A stretch of 64,000 bases of DNA, from assembly GCF_004010195.1 (NCBI RefSeq), contig NC_057728.1, forward strand, positions 47,588,166 through 47,652,165, written 5' to 3'. A program made the position numbers and the translations under genes. The DNA comes from Chiloscyllium plagiosum (Eukaryota). Below, piece after piece: positions 1 through 12,374 of the stretch (the first letter of the stretch is position 1; the number at the start of each line of letters is the position of its first letter). The notes beneath the pieces were generated by a model. It was not told the origin of the DNA. It ran no database searches and saw nothing but the letters and a program-made list of their open reading frames with translations.

Positions 1-748
1 TTCCATATGTTTAATTATACAAATATTGCATTAGTTTTCAACTATTCAATAAAAGTATGTTTGTAATGTGGTCAGTTTAGTGTTTGAGTATTGATTACAT
101 ATAAAAATAGTATTAGCTTAATCTGCAACTTTCTTACCCCACCCACCACCTCAAACAGTTCTGACCATTCCTATTATTTATAAAACGTGACCATGTACAA
201 ACGTGTTCACTCTATTTACATTTGAAGTTTAAAAGAATCAGGGTGCTGCCTACTGTCTTCTCCCATTCAATTTAACAGAGAGTGAAAATCTGACAAAATC
301 TTATGCTTTTCTAAAGCTCAATAACACACTTCTTTAACAATGTAGTCAATCAATTTAGATTATTCTCGAAGGCTTTTTTTGTAAGAATATACAGTACATA
401 ATTCGTCCAAATTACTGGTGGTGAAATGAAGGTGTATTTACAACAAAGTATTGCATTCCTGTGGAAGAGAGGTTCAAAAGTCAATGGTAGATCCTCAAAT
501 GCAGTGTAATCATGATTTTGAGAGTTTAAAACTTAACATTCATGAAGGCACTAGCTAACATACATTTTGGAAACCAAGAGTACCAGGTTGGAGACATGAA
601 TGTAAATAGGCTCTTTAATCTTTAAACACTTTAATAAGTGTTTCATCAACTACTTATCCTTCAGAATATTAAATACTGTAGTTTTTAACAATTAGATATT
701 TAATATCAAACACACTGTATGCTTACTCCAAGTTACAAAAAGGATTTA

Positions 749-1039
<291 letters not shown>

Positions 1040-1150
1040 CTAGTGAATTGATGATTAATCTTTGCTTTCGAAGGAACGGGTACAGTTTGGTTCGGATCTT
1101 ATTTACTAAAATCAGCGCTGCCTCAAACTCATACACTATATTCACAATAC

Positions 1151-1187
1151 CTCTGCTGGTCGCAGTTTGGGGAAACATTATTACCAT
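1151..1187 (-). CDS. TMEM19: Putative upstream TMEM19 first coding exon (MVIMFPQTATSR/G)
   Basis: aaaATGG start at 1187 and AG|GTATTG donor at 1150. It ends in phase 1 and joins in frame to the 930 acceptor. No homology support. Confidence 0.45.
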
Positions 1188-1384
1188 TTTCGTCCAAGGG
1201 ATTTGCCTTTCACAGTTTGCAGACAAGCAGTGGCTGCTGTGGAAGATATATATAGGGAGACTCGGAGAAGACAGGTCCAGCCTCTTAACACAGACAGCTC
1301 AGCTCAAGTCAGGTCACACCCCCTCCTAAAACCGGTCCCGACCCCACTCAACGTTGAACTTGGCTCCTGCCGCCCGCAAAATGA

Positions 1385-1445
1385 CAGCACTTCCTGGAAG
1401 AGACAACCACTAACTTCCGCCTAGCAGTTTCTAACCAATCAGAAG
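1385..1445 (-). promoter_or_regulatory. Putative TMEM19 promoter (ETS-like and CCAAT motifs)
   Basis: ACTTCC at 1389, ACTTCCGC at 1413 and CCAATC at 1435, just upstream of the putative first exon. Confidence 0.4.
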
Positions 1446-2869
1446 GGTGTAATCGAATATTAAATACTGCCCCCCTCAGGCCTAACGATGCAATAAAAAA
1501 GCTGAACTGGCAAAAAATAAAAATCATTTACTGTAATAGAAAACACAGATATTGCTGGGGAAATCCAACAGATCTAGCAGTAGGGTGAAACTGCGCTATC
1601 GTTTCGAGTCCAATGGACATCCTTCGCAGCTCTTCTTTCTGACCTTAGGATGTCCGCAGAGCACTTTGTGGTTCATTAAGTGTTTACTTCAACTGTAATT
1701 AATGTACTGAGAGTCTTGCGTTGGCAATGATAGCGAAATTGTCAGCTTAATTATACCACCAAGACTGACTCTGTGACTCAAAGTCCGTGCAGACACAGAG
1801 GGGAAAAACTGTTTTAAAAAAGTAAAACTTGGAAATGAACGTACTGGTCGCACTGAGGTTCCATTTGACCTTTTTGAGTGGTTTTCTTTCACTTATCATC
1901 AACGATTCTCGTTTCACCAGAGGTCACGCATTTGAAACTCAAAGTTAACAATGTATTGTCAATAGCTTCCATTTCTATGTAAGTCTCGCTGTTGAAACCC
2001 TGAAAAATTAGGTGTTACTAAACATTTTAAAACCATACTTCAGAGTACCTGTTAAATATTCCCCCCCTCCTTGAAATTTTAATTTTATATTTTAGGAACA
2101 TAACATTCCTCTAGAATGATAAAAATGTCCACATTCTTAAGACTTTTTTTAAAAATATTTTTATTTTAGCTTACCTCAAAATGCAAATTATAATATTTTA
2201 TTTCATGATCTGGACATTTCAAGACGAATGATATAAAACTACTTTTAATTTCTGTCTGAAAAATCTTCAACTGATTGGCTGTAAAACTCTGCATATTATT
2301 GGGACTTTGCTAAGATACCTGCTGGATTTTACACTAGATTGAATTATAGTTGACAATGGGAAGACTTGCATCACAGAGTTCACTTTGCAACCAATTTTGA
2401 GATTAATGGCAAACATTTTTTCTTCCCTGATGATTGCAAAAGTCAGTAATAGAAATATCACAACAGCTAACTGGAGAACAACAAGGTCAACAAACAACGT
2501 GATCAATAACCAGTCTGTTTTGAGACACTGTTTTCAGGATAAATGTTCACTTCAAGGGAAGTTTCAATGATTTGTGTGCCACAGAACCAAAACAGAAAAC
2601 AAATGTGTGAATAATCTCTGAATTTTTGCTGCTTTTTTCTGAGCACCCAAGAGGAAGGAAATTGTATGTTTTATTTGAAAGAGGAATTGTTCAGATAAAC
2701 AGTATTGCATTTTTCATAGTTCTAAAGTGCTTCACAGCAATTGAATCACTTTAGTCACTGAATATAAAACAATGGTGGCGGCCAATTTGTGCACATTAGA
2801 TTACCTCAATAACGTAATTATCTCATCTGTTTCACGTGGTTTTTTTTGAAGAATTTCATGTTTTTTACA

Positions 2870-3190
2870 TTCATGGGATGAGGTCATCGCAGGCAAGGCT
2901 AGCATTTATTACCCATCCCTCATTGCCCAGAGGGCAGTTAAGAGCCAACCACTTTGCTGTGGAGTCACACGTTGGCCAAAACAGATAAGGATGGCAGTTT
3001 CCTTCCCTAAAAGACATTCGTGACCCAGATAGGTTTTTTCCAACAATTGACAATGGGTACATGGTCACCATTAGACTTTTAATTCCAGATATTTATTGAA
3101 TTCAACTTCTACCATTTACTGTTGCGGGTATTGAACCAGGGTCCCCAAAACATTATCTCAGGCTCTGGATCAACAGTCCAGTTATAATAG
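2870..3190 (-). mobile_element. tRNA-derived SINE with LINE-derived 3' tail
   Basis: The minus strand has a B-box-like GGTTCAATACC and ends in a gggatgggtaataaatgctagcc tail that recurs at ~48290, ~58725 and ~61550. Confidence 0.55.
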
Positions 3191-4114
3191 CCTCCCTCCT
3201 TGTTCAGGATTCGAGACAAATTTTGGTTCTTCTCTAATTAGAACTATGATTAATTATTAATTTGGGTGTCAACCTTCATAATCTGATAGTGTCAGAATGA
3301 CGTCAGAGACTTGAACACATAATCTAGCCTAACATTTCAATGAAGCACTGAGGGAGTGCTGTTTTATTTGAAGAATCCATCTTTCAACTAAGATATCAAA
3401 CCAAGGCTCTCTCTATTCTCTCTTGTTGGCACAAAATATCCCATGGCACTGTTCAAAGAAGAACATAGGAGATCTCTTGGCACAATATCAGTTGCTATCT
3501 CACAGCCAACATCAACTGAACATACTCATCAGATCAGGCAATGTCGGCAGAGAGAAGCTTGAGTTGATATTTCAGGTGATCTCGAGAGTTGGATTGCAGG
3601 GTGGGGGTGGGGTTTATGATAAGTTTCAGCAGGGTTGGGGGAGGTAGTTATTTGGTACAAACTGTTTGTGTTTCCTATCTGAATCTGACTATAATTTATG
3701 GATATGGCACATGGGCACATTAACATGGAAATTGTGAAGTTGTCACTCACTGCTCCACCACAGACTGCCCAACTCATCCCCCATTATTACCACCACAGCC
3801 AACAATTGTGGAAAGTAGTTGATATGGTGAGAACTTCCTTTTATCCACTCTCATTTCGCTGTTAGAAAGCCTATCAAAATTAGAGATTTCATGGCAGTAT
3901 AATTAACAGCTATTATTAAATGACCAATTTGGGCCTGACAAAATATTTCATTATTTGTGGAACATTGCTAAATGTCTCCATTGTGATTAAATACTTGATA
4001 TTTAAAACTATTTTTGAGTAATTATTTTTAAAATAATATTTCAATTTCTACTTTCACCTCATCTATATGTTTCATTTGCTTTCTACATAGAAGTTTGAAA
4101 GTGTTTTTTTTATA

Positions 4115-4325
4115 TAAGTGATGAAAAACAGTGGACCCAGAACTGATCGTTGTGGCACACCACTGGACACAGGCCTCCAGTCTGAAAAGTAACCCTCCAT
4201 CGTCACTGTCACTTCGAGATTGTTCTGTATCCAAATGGCTAGTTCTCCCTGTATTCCACGCGATCCAGCCTTGCTAACCAGTCTATCATAAGGAAGCTTG
4301 TCGAATGCCTTACTAAGGTCCATAT
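4115..4325 (-). mobile_element. CR1-type LINE RT fragment (inverted 5' part of the copy ending at ~7460)
   Basis: Encodes DLSKAFDKLPYDRLVSK...WIQN and RPVSSGVPQRSVLGPLFF, typical CR1 ORF2 motifs. Confidence 0.8.
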
Positions 4326-5894
4326 AGATCAGGATGTTGCCATAGTTGTGGATATGCTCGCCAAACTGGGAGCCTCCTGTGAAGCGCTTTGTACTGTATC
4401 TTCTGGAATTTATTTAGTTCCGTTCCTGCCGCTTCCAGTTGCTGGTTCCGGTTATTTGCTGTAGTGGCAGTACTTTGGGTCCAGGTCTGTTTGTTGATAG
4501 AGTTTGTGCATGAGTGCCATACTTTTAGACATTCTCTGGCTGTCCTCTGTTTAGCTTCTCCTATGATCGTTGTGTTGTCTCAGTTGAATTTGTGGTCCTT
4601 GTCATCTGTGTGTATGGCTACTAGGGACAGCTGGCCGTGGCTAGGTAGTGTTCGTGTATGTGGATTTCTAGTTGTCTGCCTGTTTTTCCTATATCGTGTT
4701 TCATGCAGTGTTTACACGGAATCTTGTAAATTATGTTAATCTTGCTGATCATGAGTATAGGGTCTTTTGTCCTGTTGAATTGGCTGAGAGTGGCTGTCAG
4801 TTTATGCGCTGTCATGGATCCGAGTGGTTGGAGAAGTCTGGCTGTTAGTTCCGAGACTTTTTTATATCAGGTAGTGTGGCTACTGTGTTGGTTCATGGTA
4901 TGTTCTTGTCGCATTATTTGTCTGCTAGCCATTTGCAGATGAAGTTGCAGGGATATCTGTTCTTGTCAAAGACTTGGTAGAGGTGTTCTTCTTCTTCTCT
5001 TCGCAAATTGGGAGTGCTGCAGTGTGCTGTCGCCCTTTTGAACAGGGTCCTGATGCAGCTTCTCTTGTGGATGTTCAGGTGGTTGTTCTTGTGGTTCAGG
5101 ATCTGGTCCGTGTGTGTGGCTTTTCACCACTTCTGTGGTGCATTCACTCCAGAAGAAAATCACCTCTACAAAGTCTTTGCCGAGAATGGATATCCCCGCA
5201 AATTCATCTACAGATGCCTGGCAGACAATCAATGCAACAAGTATATGCCATGACCGAACACACTAGCCATACGATCTTATATAAAACAGTCTCAGAATGA
5301 ACAGCCAGACTTCTCCAACCACTTGGATCCATGACAGCTCATAAACCAACAGCCACGCTCAGACAACAGCTTCACCAGAACAAAAGACCCTATACCCATC
5401 ATGTGCAAGACTAAAGTAATTTACAAGATTCCATGCAAAGACTGCATGAAATGCTGTAAAGGACAAAAAGGCCAACAACGAGCAATCCACATCCACGAAC
5501 ATCAACTAGCGACCAAATGCCACAACCAGCTATCCCTAGTAGCCATTCACACTGATGGCAAGGACCACAAATAAAACTAGGACAACACAACGATCATCGG
5601 ACAAGCCAAACAGGGGACAGCCAGAGAATTGCTACAACCACAGCACTCATCCACAGACTCCATCAACATTGACCTAGACCCAATATACCAGCCACTACAA
5701 AGAACTACCTGAACCAACAACCGGAAGCAGCAGGAACGGAACCAAATAAATTCCAGAAGACGCAGTAAAGCAGGGCTTCACGGGAGGCTCTAAAGCCCTG
5801 AATATGTCACCTAGACGGATGCAACATCTGCAAATCAACTTCTCAGTTCGGCGAACATACCCACAACCATGACAACTAGTACCCAAGCTACAAA

Positions 5895-6960
5895 GGCAAA
5901 AGTGAGGACTACAGATGCTGGAGATTAGACAGTGTGGTGCTGGAAATGCACAGCTGGTCAGACAGCATCTGAGAAGCAGGAGAATCGATGTTTCCGACTC
6001 AACACTGACATCTTCTACAAACCCACCGACTCCCACAGCAACCTGGACTATACTTCCTCCCATCTTGCCTCCTGTAAAAATGCTATCCCTTATTCCCAAT
6101 TCTACCAACTCTGCCGCATCTGCTCCCAGGTGGACCAGTTCCACCACAGATCACACCAGATGGCATCCTTCTTTATGAACCACAACCTCCTCTCCCACGT
6201 GGTTGAGATGTCATCCAGTGCATCTCATCTACTTCCCGCACCTCGAACTCCACCTTTCCAACTGCAACAAGGTCGGAGCGCCCCTGGTCCTCACCTTCCA
6301 CCCTACAAACCTCTGTATACATCACAGCATCCTCTGTACCTTCGCCACCTACAAACAGACCCCACCATCAGAGATATATTTCCCTCCTCACTCCCATCCG
6401 CTTTCCGTAAAGACCATTCCCTCCGCGACTCCCTTGTCAGGAAAAAAAACTGGGATTCAATCCAATATCCATTGCTGAGAGATTTACATTGGCATCTACT
6501 CCTGTCCCTAATTACTGTATATATGAGTGTACAAATCATCTTCCATTCTAATTTATACTTTATTAACACATTTTTCTATGGAGAACAAATGCCCACAAAC
6601 GGAGGTTTGTTTGCTTGCAGAACTGATGTACTGAACATTTCCCAGGTTAGTCCCAATCTTCCACGATTTTTATTCTTTGAGGTGTACAATACTCCTTCTA
6701 CTAAGGGATAAGAGTGTAGTGCTGGAAAAGCACAGCAGGTCAGGCAGCATCCAAGGAGCAGGAGAGTTGACATTTCGGGTAAAAGCCCTTCATCAGGAAT
6801 GAGGCTGTGAGCTGACGGGATAGCGAGATTTATCCCATTTATCTCACCATCCCCTCAGCTCACATCCTCATTCCTAATGGAGGTTTTTTCCCAAAACGTC
6901 GATTTTCCTGCTCCTTGGATGCTGCCTGACCTGCTATGCTTTTCCAGCACTACACTCTCC
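5895..6960 (+). mobile_element. Nested Neptune-type Penelope-like insertion with inverted terminal-repeat pieces
   Basis: 14-bp TSD acccaagctacaaa at 5881-5894 and 6961-6974. Encodes TDIFYKPTDSHSNLDYTSSH...IPYSQF..LCRICS (PLE RT/thumb). Inverted terminal-repeat pair at 6711-6960. Confidence 0.75.
6766..6800 (-). ncRNA. Minimal hammerhead ribozyme motif of a PLE terminal repeat (slightly decayed)
   Basis: Minus strand reads ATTC-CTGATGA-A-GGGC-TTTT-ACCC-GAAA-TGTC-AAC. Confidence 0.55.
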
Positions 6961-7009
6961 ACCCAAGCTACAAATCTTCACACAAATCTTGAAGATCAGG
7001 ATGTTGCCA

Positions 7010-7460
7010 GGGTTGAAGGCTTGAGCTATAAGGAGAGCCCGAATAGGCTGGGCTGTTTTACCTGGAGGTTTGAAGGCTGAGGGGGGACCTCATCGAAGTT
7101 TGTAAGGTCATGAATGGCATTGATAGAGTAAATAGACAAAGTCTTTTCCCTGGGGTTAGGAGTCCAAAACTAGAGGGCATAGGTTTAGGGTGAGAGGTGG
7201 AAGATTTAAAAAGGACCCAAAGGGCAACTTTTTCATGCAGAGGGTGTTGCGTGTATGGAATGAGCTATTAGAGGAAGTGATTTAGGTTGACACAGTTACA
7301 ACACTTAAAAGACATCTGGAGGGGTATCTGAATAGGAAGGGTTTAGAGGGATATGGGCTAAGTGCTGGCAGAGGGTCCTAGCTTAATGTTGGGTATCTGG
7401 TCTGCATGGACAATTTGGACTGAAAGGTCTTTTTCCTTGCTGTACATCTCTCTGACATTC
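7010..7460 (+). mobile_element. CR1-type LINE 3' end
   Basis: gggttgaaggcttgagctataaggagag...tagagggcataggtttaggg...gtatggaatgagct..., with a tail shared with other CR1 copies in the window. Confidence 0.8.
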
Positions 7461-7869
7461 TGATTTGATTTTAGTGCTTTTCATTTCCTGTTTAGCTGTG
7501 TATGAGAAATCTTGTCTGGCTGCTTAGACTTCACAATGACACCAATGCAACTTTATGTTAGAAATAACCATTAAGAATCACTGCAATCCATTGCACTGGA
7601 GGTAGTAGATCTCGCCACAAAAATTGCTTGACCTCTCAGTGTGATTTTCCCCAGTGCGACTTTCCCTGGTGCCAACAACCCTGGGCCATTTATAATCTTT
7701 TATCTCATTGGATTTGTGGGACTTGGCTATGCACAAATTTCTATATCAGAATGGTGACTACATTTTAAATGTATTTTATCAACTGTGAGGCACTTTGCTT
7801 GTCATGCATGTCATGATGCAAAAATGCAAAATCTTTTGTTTGTTTTATCATGAGACCTAATGTACTCTC

Positions 7870-8638
7870 CATCCACCTGGACAATCCGTGTGGCCTATAA
7901 CCTACCTCGATCTCTTCATTTCCAACTGGTGCCAAGACATTAGCTGCCTCAACCTCTACCCCCTCCCTGACTCCAACCTCTCACCCTCACAATGCGCAGC
8001 CCTCCACTCCAATCCCAACCTCACCGTCGAACCAGCAGATAAAGGGGGTGTAGTGGTAGTTTGGCGCACTGACCTCTACACTGCTGAAGCTAGACGCCAA
8101 CTCAAAGACACATCCTTGACCATGCCTCCGTGACTACCTGGTCAGGTCTACGCCCCCCAACAACCCACTCTCCCCTCCTGCACCTTCCCCGCCCACTGCA
8201 GGAAATGCAAAACCTGCACCCACACCTCCCCCCTCACCTCCAACCAAGGCCCCAATGGAGACTTCCACATTCATCAAAGTTTCACTTGCACATCCACCAA
8301 TGTCATTTATTGTATCTGTTGCTGTCTCCTTTACACTGGGGAGACTGGACGCCTTCTCGCAGAGCGCTTTAGAGAACATCTCCAGGACACCAGCACCAAT
8401 CAACCCTACTGCCCCATGGCCCAACATTCCTATTGTACTCTTGGTTACCTTCTCCCCACCTGCATCCCCCTCCCATTTATCTCTCCACCCCGGAGGCTCC
8501 CTGCCTTCATTCATGATGAAGGGCTTTTGCCCGAAACATCGATTTTCCTGCTCCTCGGATGCTGCCTGACGTGCTGTGCTTTTCCAGCACCACTCTAATC
8601 CAGACTCTGATCTCCAGCATCTGCAGTCCTCACTTATG
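7870..8638 (+). mobile_element. Neptune-type Penelope-like element, internally deleted
   Basis: Encodes NLTVEPADKGGVVVVWRTDLY and a Cys-rich linker. Terminal repeat carries a decayed hammerhead at ~8510-8545. TSD cctaatg(t/c)actctc at 7856-7869 and 8639-8652. Confidence 0.75.
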
Positions 8639-9317
8639 CCTAATGCACTCTCTTGCCCACAAGATGGACTTCAATTTATCAGCTACGTGTTTAAAAAGAT
8701 GATTAAAAGAGATTTGATTTTAATTAATGTTCAGGTTACTTTTCAGATCAGAAGACAGAAATATTTTGGGATTAATGCACAATTAAGCCATGATATGACA
8801 GACTTGAGTGACTAAATGGCCCACTTGTGCACCACATTCCAAATTTTAGCTGCATTTCTATGTCATATTGTGTGCTGTATTTTAGTAGCTGTAAATCATT
8901 ACCATACTAAAGAAACCAGACTTAATTATAGCAGATGACAGACTTGCATATGTATAGTGAATTTTGATTCCCTGGCTGCATCACAGCCAATGAAACAACA
9001 GCCAATATCTGGACACAGGAAACATAACAACCAAAAACAGAAACTGCTAGCAGTAACAGTGGAAAGAAAACAGAGTTCACATTTCAAGTCCAGTGACCCT
9101 TTTTAAAATGTATCTTCCCAGTCAATTTTTTCTTTCCCATTGTCTAGTCCCTTCTCACATACATCTGCATTCGTTTGATGCTTTATGTCAGTTCGAAAAA
9201 TTCATTTGCAGGTACCAGCTGCCTTTGCTTCACCATGCATGTGCAAAACCTCTATGCCTATCAATCATTGGGTTGGGCTTTGGGCTCTCTGCTTTTTTTT
9301 GGTAAGAAGGCCTGAAC

Positions 9318-11210
9318 TACCTCTATGTTCGAAGCTCCTTGGATGCTGCCTGAACTGCTGTGCTCTTCCAGCACCACTAATCCAGTACCTCTATGTTCCG
9401 CCTCGGGACCCTCCAACGCTGGCATCAAAATAGATTTCATCAGTTTCCTCATTTCCCCTCCTCACACCTTATCCCAGCTCCAACCTTCCAACTCAGCACC
9501 ACCCTCATGACCTGTCCATCTTCCTTCCCACCTCTCTGCTCCATCCTCCCCTCCCACCTATCATCATTACCCAACCTCCATCTACCTATTGCACCCTCAG
9601 CTACCTTCCCCCCAGCCCTGCGCCACCCCACCCATTCCCTCCCATTTATCTCACCACCCCCTCAGCTCACAGCCTCATCTGGCCAAGTTTGCCCTCACTT
9701 TGAATATCTTCTCCTTTGATTCCTCAATTTCTTCAGATCAGTGGCATAGCCATGGGTACCTGCATGAGCACAGGTTATGCTTGTCCCTTTGTGGAGTATG
9801 TGGAACATTTCTAATTCCAGTCCTACTCCAAGTTGCTCCCTAAAACTCTTTCTCCAGTACACTGTGGACACAATTAGTGCTTCCAATTTCCACACTGCTC
9901 TCACCTTCACTTTGCCCAACTGACTCCTCCATTCCCATCGTCAATGTCTGTTTCCATTCTAATTGGTAGGCTAGCCACCAAAATCTATCACAAACCCACT
10001 GACTCCCTCAGTTACCTGGATTATACACCTTCACACAATACTTCCTATAAGGAATTCATTTCATTCTTACAAGGGGTCTCAGAAATGTCCATCTTTTTCC
10101 TCAATGGAGGATTCCCTGCAATCCTGTTTAACAGGCCCCTTAGTGGTGTCTAAACTATTTCCCACATTTTTTTCTTCACCCTTTTGCTTCCCTCCCACCT
10201 CAACAGGGTCCCCCATCCTCACTTTCCACCTCACCAGCCTCGATATGCAAAGGATCATAAGCCACCATTTCCGCAACCTCCAGTGGGATACCAGTACGAG
10301 GTACATATTCCTCTCCTCTACCTTGTCTGTATTTTACAGGGACTGTTCACTCTGGGATAATCTGGCCCCTTCCTCCTCCACTTCCAACACCTCCCCATTG
10401 CAATCATAGGTGCAACACTTGCCCATTTACTTCCACCCTCTTAACTATCCAAAGCCCTAGACAAACCTTCCAGATTTACCTGCACTTCATTCAATCTATT
10501 CTCAATTATTTGCTGCTCACAATGCAGCCTCCTCTACATTGGAGGGATGAAACACAGACTGGGTGACAGTTCATGGAACATTTATGTTCCCTCTAAAAAT
10601 GAATCTGGGTTTCCAGTTGCCTGCCACTTCCAAACATCCTTGTACAGTATTCCCACAGCAACTTTTCTGTCTCGGACTTGCTGCAATGCTCCAGTGAGGC
10701 TCAGCACTAGCTGGAGGTACAATATCTCATTTTCCACATTTTCCTTGGAGCCTTTGGGACTCAATATCGAGTTCATTAACGTTAAGGCCTGAACACCCCT
10801 TTCCCAGTGTTCCAAATACCATGTCCTAGCATAACAATGGTTTGCTTTCAACACAGTCAATTCATTTTCACTCACTCACTCACACTTCTCATTATCACCT
10901 ATCCGCCTTTTCTCCTTCCCTGGCTTACTATCAACAATCCCTTTGTTTCTTTTTTTTCCTCTCTTTGGGCTCAGTCTCTGCCTATCAACTCATTCATTCT
11001 CTCGCCCTACCATCCAGTCAGAAAGATACCATTTGTTTCCAGATGCTATGTCACTGGGCCCAAACCATTAACTCTCATTTCCCTCCACAGATGCTGCCAG
11101 GCCTGCTGAGTTTATCCCTTCTAATGGAGACCTGCTTTCTTCACAAAGATACTGCAGAGTTGCTCCAGCAAATTTCTGTTCTTGTTTCAGATCTCCAGCA
11201 ATCGTAATTC
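9318..11210 (+). mobile_element. Cluster of decayed Neptune-type PLE fragments
   Basis: Encodes KIYHKPTDSLSYLDYTPSH and PILTFHLTSLDMQRIISHHFRNLQ. A 55-bp terminal-repeat piece at 9331-9385 is flanked by direct repeat tacctctatgttc. Confidence 0.65.
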
Positions 11211-11359
11211 CTTGTTGTATTTGAGTTAATCCGCAGTTCCTTGTTTTATACTAACAAAGCAACTAATTTGGTGACAGCAAGCTCCCCTGATAAATAAATG
11301 ATGAGGGAACTGGAAGGAAGCCAAGTGCGAACCCTTCCCTCTTGTCCTCATCCACACAG

Positions 11360-11481
11360 GGGCCGCTCTCCGCATGCGCGGGGAGGGGCGGTTCCTCGCT
11401 GCTTCGCCCCACCCCCGCACAACCCTTGAGACGTCACATCCGTTTCCGGTGCCTGTGACGGAGTCTGCGACAGGAGCAGCC
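11360..11481 (+). promoter_or_regulatory. ZFC3H1 CpG-island promoter/5'UTR
   Basis: CpG-rich from ~11350 to 12000. NRF1-like CGCATGCGCG at 11371-11380, GC box GGGGCGG at 11385-11391, CRE-like GACGTCA at 11430-11436, ETS TTCCGGT at 11444-11450. Confidence 0.65.
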
Positions 11482-11962
11482 ATGGAGCTGGATGGCGAGC
11501 GGCTGTCGCCCAAAGAGGAGGGCGAGCTGGAGGACGGCGAGATCGACGATGACAACGACGAAAATGTTTACCTGGAGTCGCGGCTCGTCTCGTCCTCCAC
11601 TCCGAAGCCGAGGCCCGGCAACAGCGGGGGCTCGGGCCCCAAAAGCCACCGGCCGCTGGCCTCCGGGAACGGCCTCGTGTACCGGCTCAAGGAGCCGTAC
11701 CGGGGCTTCCCCCAGCAGCCGCCGCCGCCCCCTCCTCCTCCTCCCCCGCCCGCGCTCCATGGCGACTCGTCCCGCTCCAACTTCTGGGAGAGGAGCCACG
11801 GCACCTTCGGCCGTTTCCGCTTTCGGGAGGGGTCGAACCGCGGCGGCTGGGGCAGGGGATTTCGGGGAGCTGGCCCTCGGGGGTTGAAGAGGGGGAGACT
11901 GGGACCCGGGCCCGCCTTTATCGGGAACAACAACATCCGCAGGGATTCTCCGCCCCGGAAAC
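11482..11962 (+). CDS. ZFC3H1: ZFC3H1 coding exon 1
   Basis: gccATGG Kozak start. Encodes LSPKEEGELEDGEIDDD and SRSNFWERSHGTFGRFRFR, matching the recalled ZFC3H1 N-terminus. Ends at a GTATCCTTT donor, phase 1. Confidence 0.93.
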
Positions 11963-12374
11963 GTATCCTTTTCCCGTCCCTCTGCCGCCCTAACCAGCGT
12001 TTGCTCAGTTCTACCGCTGACCCCACCAGGACCTGAGCCTGACTGACGAAGCACATTGAGAGAAGTTGAACCATTTAAGGAATAGACCCACCCTTACCTC
12101 CTCCATTTGAAGTGCGTTCCTTGACTGGCGTCAGCACCCAGTCGGAAGCGAATCTTTGGGGTTTTTTTCCTGACAAAATGAAAGAAAGCGATCGGATGCC
12201 GTGTGCTGTTTAACAATATTTCTTAGTCCTCGTGAGGTTTAGAGGGGTACTTATCTCGAGGAAATGAATGGGGTTGAGAGTTTACATTGGGAGGGTTGCA
12301 TTATCATATTCAGTGCAAGCTTTGTGTGTGGAAATTCAGACATCTTTACATTTGGCTGGGATGCTCAATGTAAA

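Larger units (their letters stand above)
4343..6992 (+). mobile_element. Penelope-like element (Poseidon/Penelope type) with long inverted 5' part, interrupted by a nested insertion
   Basis: 17-bp TSD agatcaggatgttgcca at 4326-4342 and 6993-7009. GIY-YIG-like motifs IYKIPCK...GKTGRQLEIHIHEH on the minus arm (4343-~5133); homologous plus arm ~5140-5894. Same 3' end as the 22991-25332 copy. Confidence 0.8.

Noticed and set aside
5795..5832. Additional functional hammerhead in the Poseidon copy
   Set aside because: Core is mutated (CTGAATA; GAAA replaced by GCAA); likely dead.
5932..6711. 259-aa ORF as a novel gene
   Set aside because: Chimeric read-through of a PLE terminal repeat, an RT fragment and unrelated filler.
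11374..11481. In-frame upstream ATG extending ZFC3H1 by 36 aa
   Set aside because: It lies within the NRF1-like promoter motif, probably upstream of the TSS. ATG 11482 has a strong Kozak context and fits the recalled homologous N-terminus.
11226..12074. Long antisense and alternate-frame ORFs over exon 1
   Set aside because: Expected by-product of GC-rich, stop-poor CpG-island coding sequence; no recognisable domains.
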